Source of the DNA: a virus
Taxonomy: Duplodnaviria; Caudoviricetes
Direction: 5' to 3' (one strand)
IMG/VR virus record: IMGVR_UViG_3300033146_003420
Span: 1 to 43,277 of that record
DNA: 43,277 nt
The translations under genes were made by a program, and so were the position numbers. Under the pieces are notes generated by a model, which did not search any database, was not told the origin of the DNA, and worked only from the letters and a program-made list of their open reading frames with translations. This document shows positions 9,945-17,923 of this stretch, piece after piece (the first letter of the stretch is position 1; every line of letters begins with the position of its first letter).

Positions 9945-12900
9945 ATGGCATTTATAAAAGACAAAACTCAACCTACTCCTGGATTTGTTCCAGACAACAA
10001 ACCTTTTAATCAACCTACAAAAAAAGAAGAACAAAAACCTTTGAGCTTTAGAGAAAAATTAACTGCAGCTTTGCCAACCCCTTTAAAGCAAATAGATGAA
10101 TTCGGACAAGGGGTTAAAAAGTTTAAAAAAGATGTTTTAACTGGAGTTGGAAAAGGGGCTTTAAGCACCGTTAGGGGTACTTTTGGATTGGCACAAAAAG
10201 CATTTGAAACTCCTTCTCGTGCTTTGGGGTTAAAAACTGAAGATAAAACTGCTATTGAAAAAATAATACCTGAAAAATTAACTAAACCTGACGAAAGTGT
10301 TGGGCAAAATATCGGGTTTTACGGAGAACAAATTGGTGAATTTTTTATACCTGCATCTTTGTCTTTAAAAGCTGGAAAACTGGCTAGCGGTTTAGTAAAA
10401 GGTGGGAAAATTGCAAAAGGTGTGGCAAAGGTGGGGGCAATTAGTGCCACTGAAGGTGTTTTAGGAACTGGACAATCTGCAATGCAATCTGGAGAATTAG
10501 GAAAAAGAGAATTAGAAGTTGGTGCATTTTCTATGGTTGCACCACCTATTTTAGCAGGTGCAGGAAAAGGGTTAAAAGCAATCGCACCAACCCCTGTCAA
10601 AGAACTTGTAAAAGAAACTGCAAATAAAATTTTAAGACCTAGTATGAAATCACTTAAAGATGCAAAATATTACGACAAAGCTGAAGATGCTTTTAATGTT
10701 TTAAGTTCTTACAAGAAAAAATTTGATGGAGTTGCTAGAAACCCTAAAAATGTAGGCGAAACATTGTCTACTTTGAAAAATGCAAAATCTAAAATATATG
10801 AAATTTATTCAGATATATCCACAAAAGCTGGTGAAGTTGGTGCAAAATTTACACCAGATACAGCAATGGCTGATTTATCTAATTGGATTAAAAAAACAGG
10901 TTATTCAAGTGAAATAAAAGAATATACTGCCAAACAATTAAGAAATTTGAGTGATTTAACTGGTGCTAATCCCACTAAAGTTCAAGACAGAATAGAAGAA
11001 TTAAATGCAGGATTAAATTTATTTGGAACAGGTTCTGATAAAATAAAGACTCAAATAGATGCATCAATAGCTTCTAGGCTTAGAAAAAGTTTAGATGATT
11101 TAATTTTAAAAACTGGTGGAGATAATTATCAATTTTATAGGAATCAATATGCTTCATTGAAAACCATTGAACAAGATTTAGCAAGACATGCTGCAATCAT
11201 AGCTAGAAAATCTAAAACTGGATTAATAGACATGACTGATATTTTTTCAGGTGGTGATATTTTGGCTGGAGTTTTGACAGGAAACCCGACATTACTATTA
11301 AAAGGCGGTGCTGGTAAAGGGATAAAAGAATATTTTAAATGGTTAAATGACCCAGACAGGTTGTTGGCTAAACTTTTTGGCAAATTAGAAAAAATTGAAA
11401 AACCTGCACCTCCTGCCAGAACTCCAAATCAAAAATTATTAGGTGAAGGGAATCCAATGTTACCTAAATCTCAAAACAAAGTTCCAATTAAATTACCTTC
11501 AAAAACTCCTTCAACTGTAGAGAAAGGTGAATTGTTTATGCAATCAAACAAGAATATATTAAAAGAAGATAGTGGACTTCTTAAATTAAAATCAGGGGAA
11601 ACTATGATAACCCCTCCGCCAACTAAAAAAAACTTGCCTTTTGCAAAAAAAAGTAGTATAGTTAAAAGTAGTGATGATTTTAGTAATTTAATAAAAGAAA
11701 AAATGAAAGGCTCAAAGGGGCTTGAAAAGGGTGCGTATGACTATTTATTGAAAAATAAAGATAAATTAAAAACTCAATATTTAAAAGAAAACACCAAAAA
11801 AGGAACAATAGTATTAGATTCAGATATAGCTAAAACTTACTATAAAAAATTAGGTTACAACAATGCTAACGCAAGTGATTTTCAAGAACCAGCGTCTTTG
11901 TTAACTAATACTTTATACAAGGAGTCAGTAGAAAAATTGAAAAATCAAGGTAAAACTGTATTTTTAACTGCAGGAGGTCCAGGATCGGGAAAGTCTACTG
12001 CTATAGAAAAATCTCTAGGGGATATTGGGGCTGATTTGATATATGATTCTTCTATGTCGAATTTAGGAGGTTCAATAAAAAGAATTGAGTTAGCTTTGGA
12101 AAACGGATTAGAGCCTACAGTCGCAGTAGTTTTGAGAGACCCTAAAGAGGCTTGGTTTAATGGTGTATTGTCAAGAACTAAAGCTGGAAAAAGACACGTG
12201 AATTTAAAAACTTTTATGGATTTGACTTACGGTTCTATAAATACAATTCAAAAATTATCTAAAAAATACGGAGATAAAATTGATTTTAAATTTATTGGAA
12301 ATTACGGAGGGCTTGATGACATTAAACTATTAGATTTAGACAGTATAAATAATTTTAATAAACAATTTAATAAAGAAAAAACATATGAGGAAATTATTCA
12401 AGGAACAAAAAAACTCTTTAAAAAAGGAGAACTTGACCCCAAACTCGTCCCAGAAATCAAAGGTGAATATTCAAGCATTCATAAAGGGGTTAAAGGAGGG
12501 AATAAAAACAACATCAAACCGAACAAACAATTAAAAAATCCATTATTGCCTAAAACTAAACCAATCGAAAAATTCGAAGGCTTAAAAGAAGTTTCAACAA
12601 AGTTAGTTGAAAAACTAAAAGGAAAAACATTAGTTTCAAAGCAATTCATATCAGATTTAACAAAAGGAAAAGATATGACAAAGCCTGAAATAAAAATAAT
12701 AACTGAAGTTTTAGATGCTATGCCTGAAGGCAAAGTTAATGTTAAAGATTTTGCTAAAAAAGTTGAAGTTGAATTGTTGCCTTTGAATATAGCCAAAGGC
12801 AATAAATTTGAAAAATCTGCCACAGGCATCGCAAAACGATATGAAAATATAACTTTAAACGATGATTTAAGAGGAAATGTTGCAAAATACACAGAAAATA

Positions 12901-13907
12901 TATATGAAAGTCCAGTTAAAACATCCGCAGGTGAAATTCATTTTGGACAAACTTCAGAAAACTATTACGGTCATACAAGGGTTGAAGATATGGGTATTGT
13001 AAATAGGAATAATATGGGTTATAAGGATGAATTAATTGCCTACATAGAAATGCGTGAATCGCAAGGAGCAACCAAAGAAACAATAAAAAAAGAATTAAAA
13101 TACAATAGAGAAAATGAGACTGTTAGAAGGGTCATTGAAGTACAAAGTGATTTGTACCAGAAAGGAAATTTGGAAAAGGAAATGACGGCTTCTGGGAAAG
13201 ATTTATTAAAAAATGTTCCTAGTAGAGATTTTGATGAAGTTATTAAAAATGCAAATAAACTTAGAGAAAAAGAAATAAAACCTTTGCAACAATACAACGA
13301 CCCAACCGCTCATTTCCGTATGGTTCGTGAAGAAATTAAACAAGCTGCAATTGACGGAAAAACTAAATTGCAATTTCCTACTGGGGAAACTGCTATGAAA
13401 GTTGAAGGTATGGGAAATGCTAATTCTTGGTATTTTGGAAATAGTAATAATTTTACAAATTTAATTCCTGATAATATAAAAATAGGTATGACTATTAAAA
13501 ACGACAGGGGCGGATTTGGCAATCCTGATGCATTAGAGTGGGTAGTTACAGAAATATTAGAAAACGGAAAATTTAAAGCTATTGAAAAAGAAAAAATAAC
13601 AGTAAGTATGGAACATTCCAATATAAATTTTGAAAAAGCTTTTAAAGAAGCTAGAGAAAGTCGTTTAGTAGAACAATTTGATATTTCAGAAAAAGTTGAT
13701 AGAGATAACCCAATTTACAAATTCTACGAAAAAACTTTAAAAAAATACCTTAAAAAGATTGAACCTCAAATGAAAGAAATTACTGACGATCGAGGCGTAA
13801 GTTGGTTTGAAATACCAGTTAGTAAAGAAAAAGCCAAGATGCCAGTTGAGGCCTTTGGGGTTTTGCCACTTATTCCATTTGCAAACAAAAATAAGAACGA
13901 AAGTTAG
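9945..13907 (+). CDS. Large polyvalent ejection-type protein with zeta-toxin-like P-loop kinase domain
   Basis: Gly/Ala-rich N-terminus; FLTAGGPGSGKST Walker A, LIYDSSM, VLRDP..AW..VLSR..GKRHV; C-terminal domain with GHTRVED and IEVQSD motifs. Confidence 0.75.
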   Translation: MAFIKDKTQPTPGFVPDNKPFNQPTKKEEQKPLSFREKLTAALPTPLKQIDEFGQGVKKFKKDVLTGVGKGALSTVRGTFGLAQKAFETPSRALGLKTEDKTAIEKIIPEKLTKPDESVGQNIGFYGEQIGEFFIPASLSLKAGKLASGLVKGGKIAKGVAKVGAISATEGVLGTGQSAMQSGELGKRELEVGAFSMVAPPILAGAGKGLKAIAPTPVKELVKETANKILRPSMKSLKDAKYYDKAEDAFNVLSSYKKKFDGVARNPKNVGETLSTLKNAKSKIYEIYSDISTKAGEVGAKFTPDTAMADLSNWIKKTGYSSEIKEYTAKQLRNLSDLTGANPTKVQDRIEELNAGLNLFGTGSDKIKTQIDASIASRLRKSLDDLILKTGGDNYQFYRNQYASLKTIEQDLARHAAIIARKSKTGLIDMTDIFSGGDILAGVLTGNPTLLLKGGAGKGIKEYFKWLNDPDRLLAKLFGKLEKIEKPAPPARTPNQKLLGEGNPMLPKSQNKVPIKLPSKTPSTVEKGELFMQSNKNILKEDSGLLKLKSGETMITPPPTKKNLPFAKKSSIVKSSDDFSNLIKEKMKGSKGLEKGAYDYLLKNKDKLKTQYLKENTKKGTIVLDSDIAKTYYKKLGYNNANASDFQEPASLLTNTLYKESVEKLKNQGKTVFLTAGGPGSGKSTAIEKSLGDIGADLIYDSSMSNLGGSIKRIELALENGLEPTVAVVLRDPKEAWFNGVLSRTKAGKRHVNLKTFMDLTYGSINTIQKLSKKYGDKIDFKFIGNYGGLDDIKLLDLDSINNFNKQFNKEKTYEEIIQGTKKLFKKGELDPKLVPEIKGEYSSIHKGVKGGNKNNIKPNKQLKNPLLPKTKPIEKFEGLKEVSTKLVEKLKGKTLVSKQFISDLTKGKDMTKPEIKIITEVLDAMPEGKVNVKDFAKKVEVELLPLNIAKGNKFEKSATGIAKRYENITLNDDLRGNVAKYTENIYESPVKTSAGEIHFGQTSENYYGHTRVEDMGIVNRNNMGYKDELIAYIEMRESQGATKETIKKELKYNRENETVRRVIEVQSDLYQKGNLEKEMTASGKDLLKNVPSRDFDEVIKNANKLREKEIKPLQQYNDPTAHFRMVREEIKQAAIDGKTKLQFPTGETAMKVEGMGNANSWYFGNSNNFTNLIPDNIKIGMTIKNDRGGFGNPDALEWVVTEILENGKFKAIEKEKITVSMEHSNINFEKAFKEARESRLVEQFDISEKVDRDNPIYKFYEKTLKKYLKKIEPQMKEITDDRGVSWFEIPVSKEKAKMPVEAFGVLPLIPFANKNKNES
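11634..11662 (+). promoter_or_regulatory. Candidate intragenic sigma70-type promoter
   Basis: TTGCCT-N17-TATAGT, matching the intergenic promoter candidates of this genome. Confidence 0.5.
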
Positions 13908-13945
13908 CAAAAAAGGACTGCAACCTATCACTGCAGTCCTTTTTG
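13908..13945. terminator. Bidirectional intrinsic terminator between the convergent late and early arms
   Basis: AAAAAGGACTGCA-loop-TGCAGTCCTTTTT. Confidence 0.85.
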
Positions 13946-13977
13946 TTTAAAGCTATAGTTTGTATTAACTGTTAAAG

Positions 13978-14421
13978 TTAATATTCGCCTTGTTCTAGTA
14001 TCAAGTTCTCAATACACGGAAAAGGGACATATACGCCAGTTTTTTCTCCCAAATTTTTATTTACAATATCATAAATTTTATCTATGTCTTTTGTTTTTAT
14101 ATTTTTTGAACTTTTTTTACCTGTATAGACAAGTTGTACTGGTCGCCAAAGAAAATTTTTAATGGTTTCTGAAGTCCAAGGAATATCAAAATCTTTTTTA
14201 AGGGTTCTTCTAATGTCATAACCTGCGTCATTTAAAGCTTCAGCTAATAAGCCAAAATATAAATGGATAGATTTGTTTTGCGTGTTAGTTCTTCTTTTGA
14301 TTTTCTTTTTTACTTCTATAGTCACATTTTTTCCTTCAAATTGACTTAACACTAATTCCTTTTCTTTTTCGTTTAAAAATGTTATTTCACCGTTTATTAT
14401 TTTTGCTGAAATTGTTTTCAT
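13978..14421 (-). CDS. NinB/YbcN-like recombination-associated protein
   Basis: RRTNTQNKSIHLYFGLLAEAL resembles the RS..QN motif of the NinB family. Confidence 0.55.
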   Translation of the reverse strand: MKTISAKIINGEITFLNEKEKELVLSQFEGKNVTIEVKKKIKRRTNTQNKSIHLYFGLLAEALNDAGYDIRRTLKKDFDIPWTSETIKNFLWRPVQLVYTGKKSSKNIKTKDIDKIYDIVNKNLGEKTGVYVPFPCIENLILEQGEY

Positions 14422-14446
14422 ATATAAATTTAATTATTAGTTGTTG

Positions 14447-14476
14447 AGCCCTTATGTTGTATAAGGGCTTTTTTTG
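14447..14476. terminator. Hairpin with T-tract on the + strand
   Basis: AGCCCTTAT-GTTGT-ATAAGGGCT followed by a T-run. Confidence 0.6.
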
Positions 14477-14481
14477 AGATT

Positions 14482-14748
14482 TTAGACATCGTATTCATGA
14501 TAATATGGTTTATACCCTCCATTTTTTCTTATTTTTTTCTGTTCGTCTATCATCGGATAAGCAATGCTTTCTGCGAATTGACAGAACTCACAAGCCATAT
14601 AGTGCCAGTTATCCATAGAATCGAGCTTACAGCGTACCCATCCTCCCAGTTTAGGTGTCCACTCAATAGAATAAGTGTATCCTTTATGAGGATTCATTCT
14701 CCAAAATTCACTATCAGGTATTCTTACAACTTCAGACGGATTAGTCAT
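14482..14748 (-). CDS. Hypothetical protein
   Basis: 88-aa ORF coupled (ATGA overlap) to the upstream HNH gene. Confidence 0.6.
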   Translation of the reverse strand: MTNPSEVVRIPDSEFWRMNPHKGYTYSIEWTPKLGGWVRCKLDSMDNWHYMACEFCQFAESIAYPMIDEQKKIRKNGGYKPYYHEYDV

Positions 14749-15029
14749 TTTATGCCCCTTTGTCTAAAAGCTTTCAATATCCACTCGTCTTGACCGTTCC
14801 AAAACTCATCAACAAGATAATTGATTATCTCATCAGGTGTTTTGTTGTCAAAAAGCTTGTGATAATCACGATGTTTGAACATATCTACATAAGCAAGGTT
14901 TTTTGCTTCATCTTCTCCTCCACGGGAACGTGGAATAATATGATGTTTGTTGATATGTTTTCCTTTCATCCGCTTTTTTTCAATTCTCCTTGTTTCCTTT
15001 TTCCATTTTCTTTTCTCTTTCGCGTTCAT
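14745..15029 (-). CDS. HNH endonuclease-like protein
   Basis: NKHHIIPRSRGG...NLAYV..KHRDYH; GGAGGT Shine-Dalgarno upstream. Confidence 0.8.
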   Translation of the reverse strand: MNAKEKRKWKKETRRIEKKRMKGKHINKHHIIPRSRGGEDEAKNLAYVDMFKHRDYHKLFDNKTPDEIINYLVDEFWNGQDEWILKAFRQRGIK

Positions 15030-15235
15030 TTTTTACCTCCCTTTTGTGCAAAGAACAATTAATCTGATAAAATAAAATTATCTAACCATACGATTTTCTC
15101 AAATATTTTATCCTTTAAATTTATAAAAGTTATCTAAAAATAAAAAGCCTGTAAACATTAATATTAAACTTACTATTTTATTTTCTTCAAGTAACATTCC
15201 TGCCATTGCTACAATAAAAAATAAATTTATATCCA

Positions 15236-15697
15236 TTAAAAAATTTTCCATATTAAATCGTTAACAGTTAAAAGACATAATAATCTTGCTCTTGAATCAG
15301 CTTTATTTTTGCAAAGAGAATGTAAAGGGATATTATTGTTTTTTAAATCAAAAGAAATAATTTTAATTTCCCCTTTTTTGTTTTTATATTTGTAACCACA
15401 GATATGAAAATTATCTTTCTTATCGCTATAAAACCAACATTTTATATCTCTTACAATAATTTTTGATGGCAATATTTTTTCTAATTCATCTGCCATAAAG
15501 GCAGAATAATGATTTTCTTTTTTACCCTCGTCATTGGAAATATAAGCATCTCCGTGACAATCTTCTATTATCCTATGTTTTATTTTTGCAAATTTAGTAG
15601 ATTCTGGTTGCTCTTCCCAATAGAACAAGCCGTTTTGCTTTATACCAAGTGCTTTTAATTTTTTAGCCTTGTTAAAAGCTATTATTTTATTTTCCAT
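15236..15697 (-). CDS. Hypothetical phage protein
   Basis: 153-aa ORF in the early-arm orientation. Confidence 0.65.
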   Translation of the reverse strand: MENKIIAFNKAKKLKALGIKQNGLFYWEEQPESTKFAKIKHRIIEDCHGDAYISNDEGKKENHYSAFMADELEKILPSKIIVRDIKCWFYSDKKDNFHICGYKYKNKKGEIKIISFDLKNNNIPLHSLCKNKADSRARLLCLLTVNDLIWKIF

Positions 15698-15701
15698 ATT
15701 T

Positions 15702-16064
15702 TTAAAATAATTTTATTAATTTATTAATAGTATTTTCGCTTTGGTCGTCAAGGGTTGCTTCTTGACCGTTTTCTTTAGTTAATTTCCATTTAGCTCCAAT
15801 TCCTCCAAATCCGTTTCTAATTGCTAAAGAACCATCAATATTTATCGATAACTCTTTTTTATTATTGAAAAAAGCCTGCATAACTCTTCCTATAGTTATA
15901 GGATAAACTTCCCAATATTTACCATTTTCAAAATATCCTGTTTCTCTTCTAACCATTTCTTGTGTAACAAAACTTGATTGTTTTTCCTTTTTTATCGCCT
16001 CAGTATAAGGCAAGCCGTGTATAGCTTCTATTATTTTTCTTGTTAGTTTTTCTTTATTTTCCAT
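15702..16064 (-). CDS. Hypothetical phage protein
   Basis: 120-aa ORF, tightly spaced with its neighbour. Confidence 0.65.
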   Translation of the reverse strand: MENKEKLTRKIIEAIHGLPYTEAIKKEKQSSFVTQEMVRRETGYFENGKYWEVYPITIGRVMQAFFNNKKELSINIDGSLAIRNGFGGIGAKWKLTKENGQEATLDDQSENTINKLIKLF

Positions 16065-16133
16065 ATTTTTATTAAATTATAAATTATTTTAATTAAAGTT
16101 AAGCGTTTAACTTTTAATTGTTTTTTGTTTAAA

Positions 16134-16260
16134 AATTAAAAATAGTGATAACAATCCGACTACTAACGATGTCAAGTAATTGCTTAATTCTGCAAAGTGG
16201 ACCACTTACTTACTCATTAGCGACGGTGTTTTCGCCAAATTGCTACCACTATTTTTAATT
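16134..16260 (-). ncRNA. Candidate rod-like structured RNA
   Basis: 22-bp closing stem whose two mismatches are G-U on the - strand; inner helices CTAATGA/TCGTTAG and AAGTAA/TTACTT. Confidence 0.5.
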
Positions 16261-16263
16261 CTT

Positions 16264-16440
16264 TTATTTCCCTTCAAAGTCTACGGATAAAGTATATGAT
16301 ATATCGTGTGAAGTTCCGCACTCTTCACATTCTATTGTTCCTATAGTTTCCTCTTCCTCATAACTGCCATATTCACAGACCATATCTGTAATATCAATTA
16401 AATTTCTGCATTTTTTACATAATATTTGTTCTTTAATCAT
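16264..16440 (-). CDS. Small zinc-ribbon protein (58 aa, not in ORF track)
   Basis: Manual translation MIKEQILCKKC...ECEECGTSH...; two CxxC pairs. Confidence 0.65.
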   Translation of the reverse strand: MIKEQILCKKCRNLIDITDMVCEYGSYEEEETIGTIECEECGTSHDISYTLSVDFEGK

Positions 16441-16466
16441 ATTTTTATTAAGTTAATTTTAAATTG

Positions 16467-16552
16467 TAGAGGGGGAGAGACTCGAACTCTCACTAGACTA
16501 ATGTCTCCCAGTTTCTCGAACTAGTGCCTATACCGATTCGGCTACCCCCTCC
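16467..16552 (-). tRNA. tRNA-Leu(GAG)-like, class II, atypical
   Basis: GGAGGGGG-TA-GCC GAATCGGTATA GGC-A-CTAGT TCGAGAA ACTGG, variable arm AGAC/GTCT, GAGAG TTCGAGT CTCTC-CCCCTCT-A; no encoded CCA. Confidence 0.8.
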
Positions 16553-16555
16553 GTT

Positions 16556-16711
16556 TTATTTTATCTTCCAGCCATATATATCCCACCCAAACTCTAAAAA
16601 TCCATCACTTGTTTCTATTCCTTTTTCTTTAATCTCTACTACTTTTTTCCAACCAGTTTTTAATAAGATTTTATTACCAACTTTAATGTTTTTTCCTAAT
16701 TTGTAAGGCAT
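16556..16711 (-). CDS. Small hypothetical protein (51 aa, not in ORF track)
   Basis: Manual translation MPYKLGKNIKVGNKILLKTGW...GWKIK. Confidence 0.55.
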   Translation of the reverse strand: MPYKLGKNIKVGNKILLKTGWKKVVEIKEKGIETSDGFLEFGWDIYGWKIK

Positions 16712-16783
16712 ACTTTGTTTTTTAATAAGTTAATTTTAAATTGTGCCACCTTTATTATAGAGTAGGTGGCTTAACTCTTTTTT

Positions 16784-16978
16784 TTATGCTTTATTCACGA
16801 AATAACCGTGCATAAAGCATCTATAGTAGCCGAAAGAGTTGAACATCACTCTTTCGCATCTGGGACAGTAATAAGAGTCTTTTATTTTTTTAACTCTTTT
16901 AAGATTATCCCTAGTTGCTAGGGTTTTTCTTCCCATAATTTCTATTTCTACAAGTTCAGCCATTTGTACTTTTTCCAT
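16784..16978 (-). CDS. Small zinc-finger protein
   Basis: YCPRC...YRCFMHG; AGGAG Shine-Dalgarno. Confidence 0.7.
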   Translation of the reverse strand: MEKVQMAELVEIEIMGRKTLATRDNLKRVKKIKDSYYCPRCERVMFNSFGYYRCFMHGYFVNKA

Positions 16979-16993
16979 CCGTTTTTTCTCCTT

Positions 16994-17155
16994 TTATTTT
17001 TTACCACATTCTTCACAAAGAAATTCTTTGTTATGTTTGTACATACTCGCCCTTTGGCAATTAGGCTGGTGGTCGCATTTTTTGCAAAGTTCTAACTTTC
17101 CAAGATAGCAACCTACAATTTTACCACAATTTTTGCATTCTAAAACTACTGTCAT
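16994..17155 (-). CDS. Small Cys-rich protein (53 aa, not in ORF track)
   Basis: MTVVLECKNCGKIVGC...CKKC...CEECGKK; AGGAGG Shine-Dalgarno. Confidence 0.7.
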   Translation of the reverse strand: MTVVLECKNCGKIVGCYLGKLELCKKCDHQPNCQRASMYKHNKEFLCEECGKK

Positions 17156-17173
17156 TTTAGCCTCCTTTTTTTA

Positions 17174-17368
17174 TATAATATTATTAACTAAAAACGGTGG
17201 TAATGGTTAGCGATGGAAATGTTGAATATACTTTCCATTTCACGTTTTTTGTTGTTTTTTCTCACCTCGGTTAGAGGGTACGATAAGCAGTCTTGATAAC
17301 TGCACGCTATTTTCAACAAACTAGAGCCATTAGGATACTCACCGCCGTTTTTAATTAACAATATTGTA
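17174..17368 (-). ncRNA. Candidate multibranched, pseudoknotted structured RNA
   Basis: 27-bp imperfect closing stem, several inner helices and a 7-bp loop complement (TGTTGAA/TTCAACA). Strand assumed from gene context. Confidence 0.55.
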
Positions 17369-17376
17369 TTTAATTA

Positions 17377-17556
17377 TTAACTAACATCCCTTGTGTTACA
17401 ATCTATTTCTAAAGGTACAAAAACTGATGATGTAATAGTGTCAGTTGCGTCATCGTGAAACATATAAAGCCACCCACTATATACTCTTGTTATTAGAGTA
17501 GCTCTGCTCCATTTTTTATTTCCAATTTTCATTTTTAATAAATCTTTTTTATTCAT
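17377..17556 (-). CDS. Small hypothetical protein (59 aa, not in ORF track)
   Basis: Manual translation MNKKDLLK...ITRVYSGWLY...SSVFVP. Confidence 0.55.
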   Translation of the reverse strand: MNKKDLLKMKIGNKKWSRATLITRVYSGWLYMFHDDATDTITSSVFVPLEIDCNTRDVS

Positions 17557-17575
17557 ATTTGTTTGTATTTAATTA

Positions 17576-17923
17576 TTATTTTGATGTTTTTTTAACTCTT
17601 TTGTATCTATTTTTGGCATTTTCTATCATTTTTTTTCTAAAAGCAGGTTCGTTTTGGTACTTTTCCCGCATTAAATTTCTGTTTTTTTTGTATTTTAATT
17701 TACGCCTATTCGCAAACACGCTTTCTATTTTTTCTTCAGGCACTAATTTTTTAATTGTAACCCTGATGGCTTCAGCTGAAACATTAAATTTTTCAGCTAT
17801 AGTTGCGTAAGTAGAAAAATTTAATGTAAAATAATCTACGATATCTCTTTTATCTTCCTTAGTTAATTTCATACTTTTTTTTAAATTCAGGAGGCAGTAA
17901 TTCTGAATATTTTTTAGCTTCAT
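17576..17923 (-). CDS. Putative helix-turn-helix DNA-binding protein (true start may be the internal MKLTKE)
   Basis: STYATIAEKFNVSAEAIRVTIKK HTH pattern; basic C-terminus. Confidence 0.6.
   Translation of the reverse strand: MKLKNIQNYCLLNLKKSMKLTKEDKRDIVDYFTLNFSTYATIAEKFNVSAEAIRVTIKKLVPEEKIESVFANRRKLKYKKNRNLMREKYQNEPAFRKKMIENAKNRYKRVKKTSK

Noticed and set aside
16205-16240. Hammerhead ribozyme core (CGAAA...GTC...CTAATGAG on the - strand)
   Set aside because: No room for stems I and III between the core words.
16467-16552. attP site or tRNA-Ser(CGA) reading
   Set aside because: No integrase and no duplicated tRNA 3' end; centring CGA in the loop breaks the anticodon stem.
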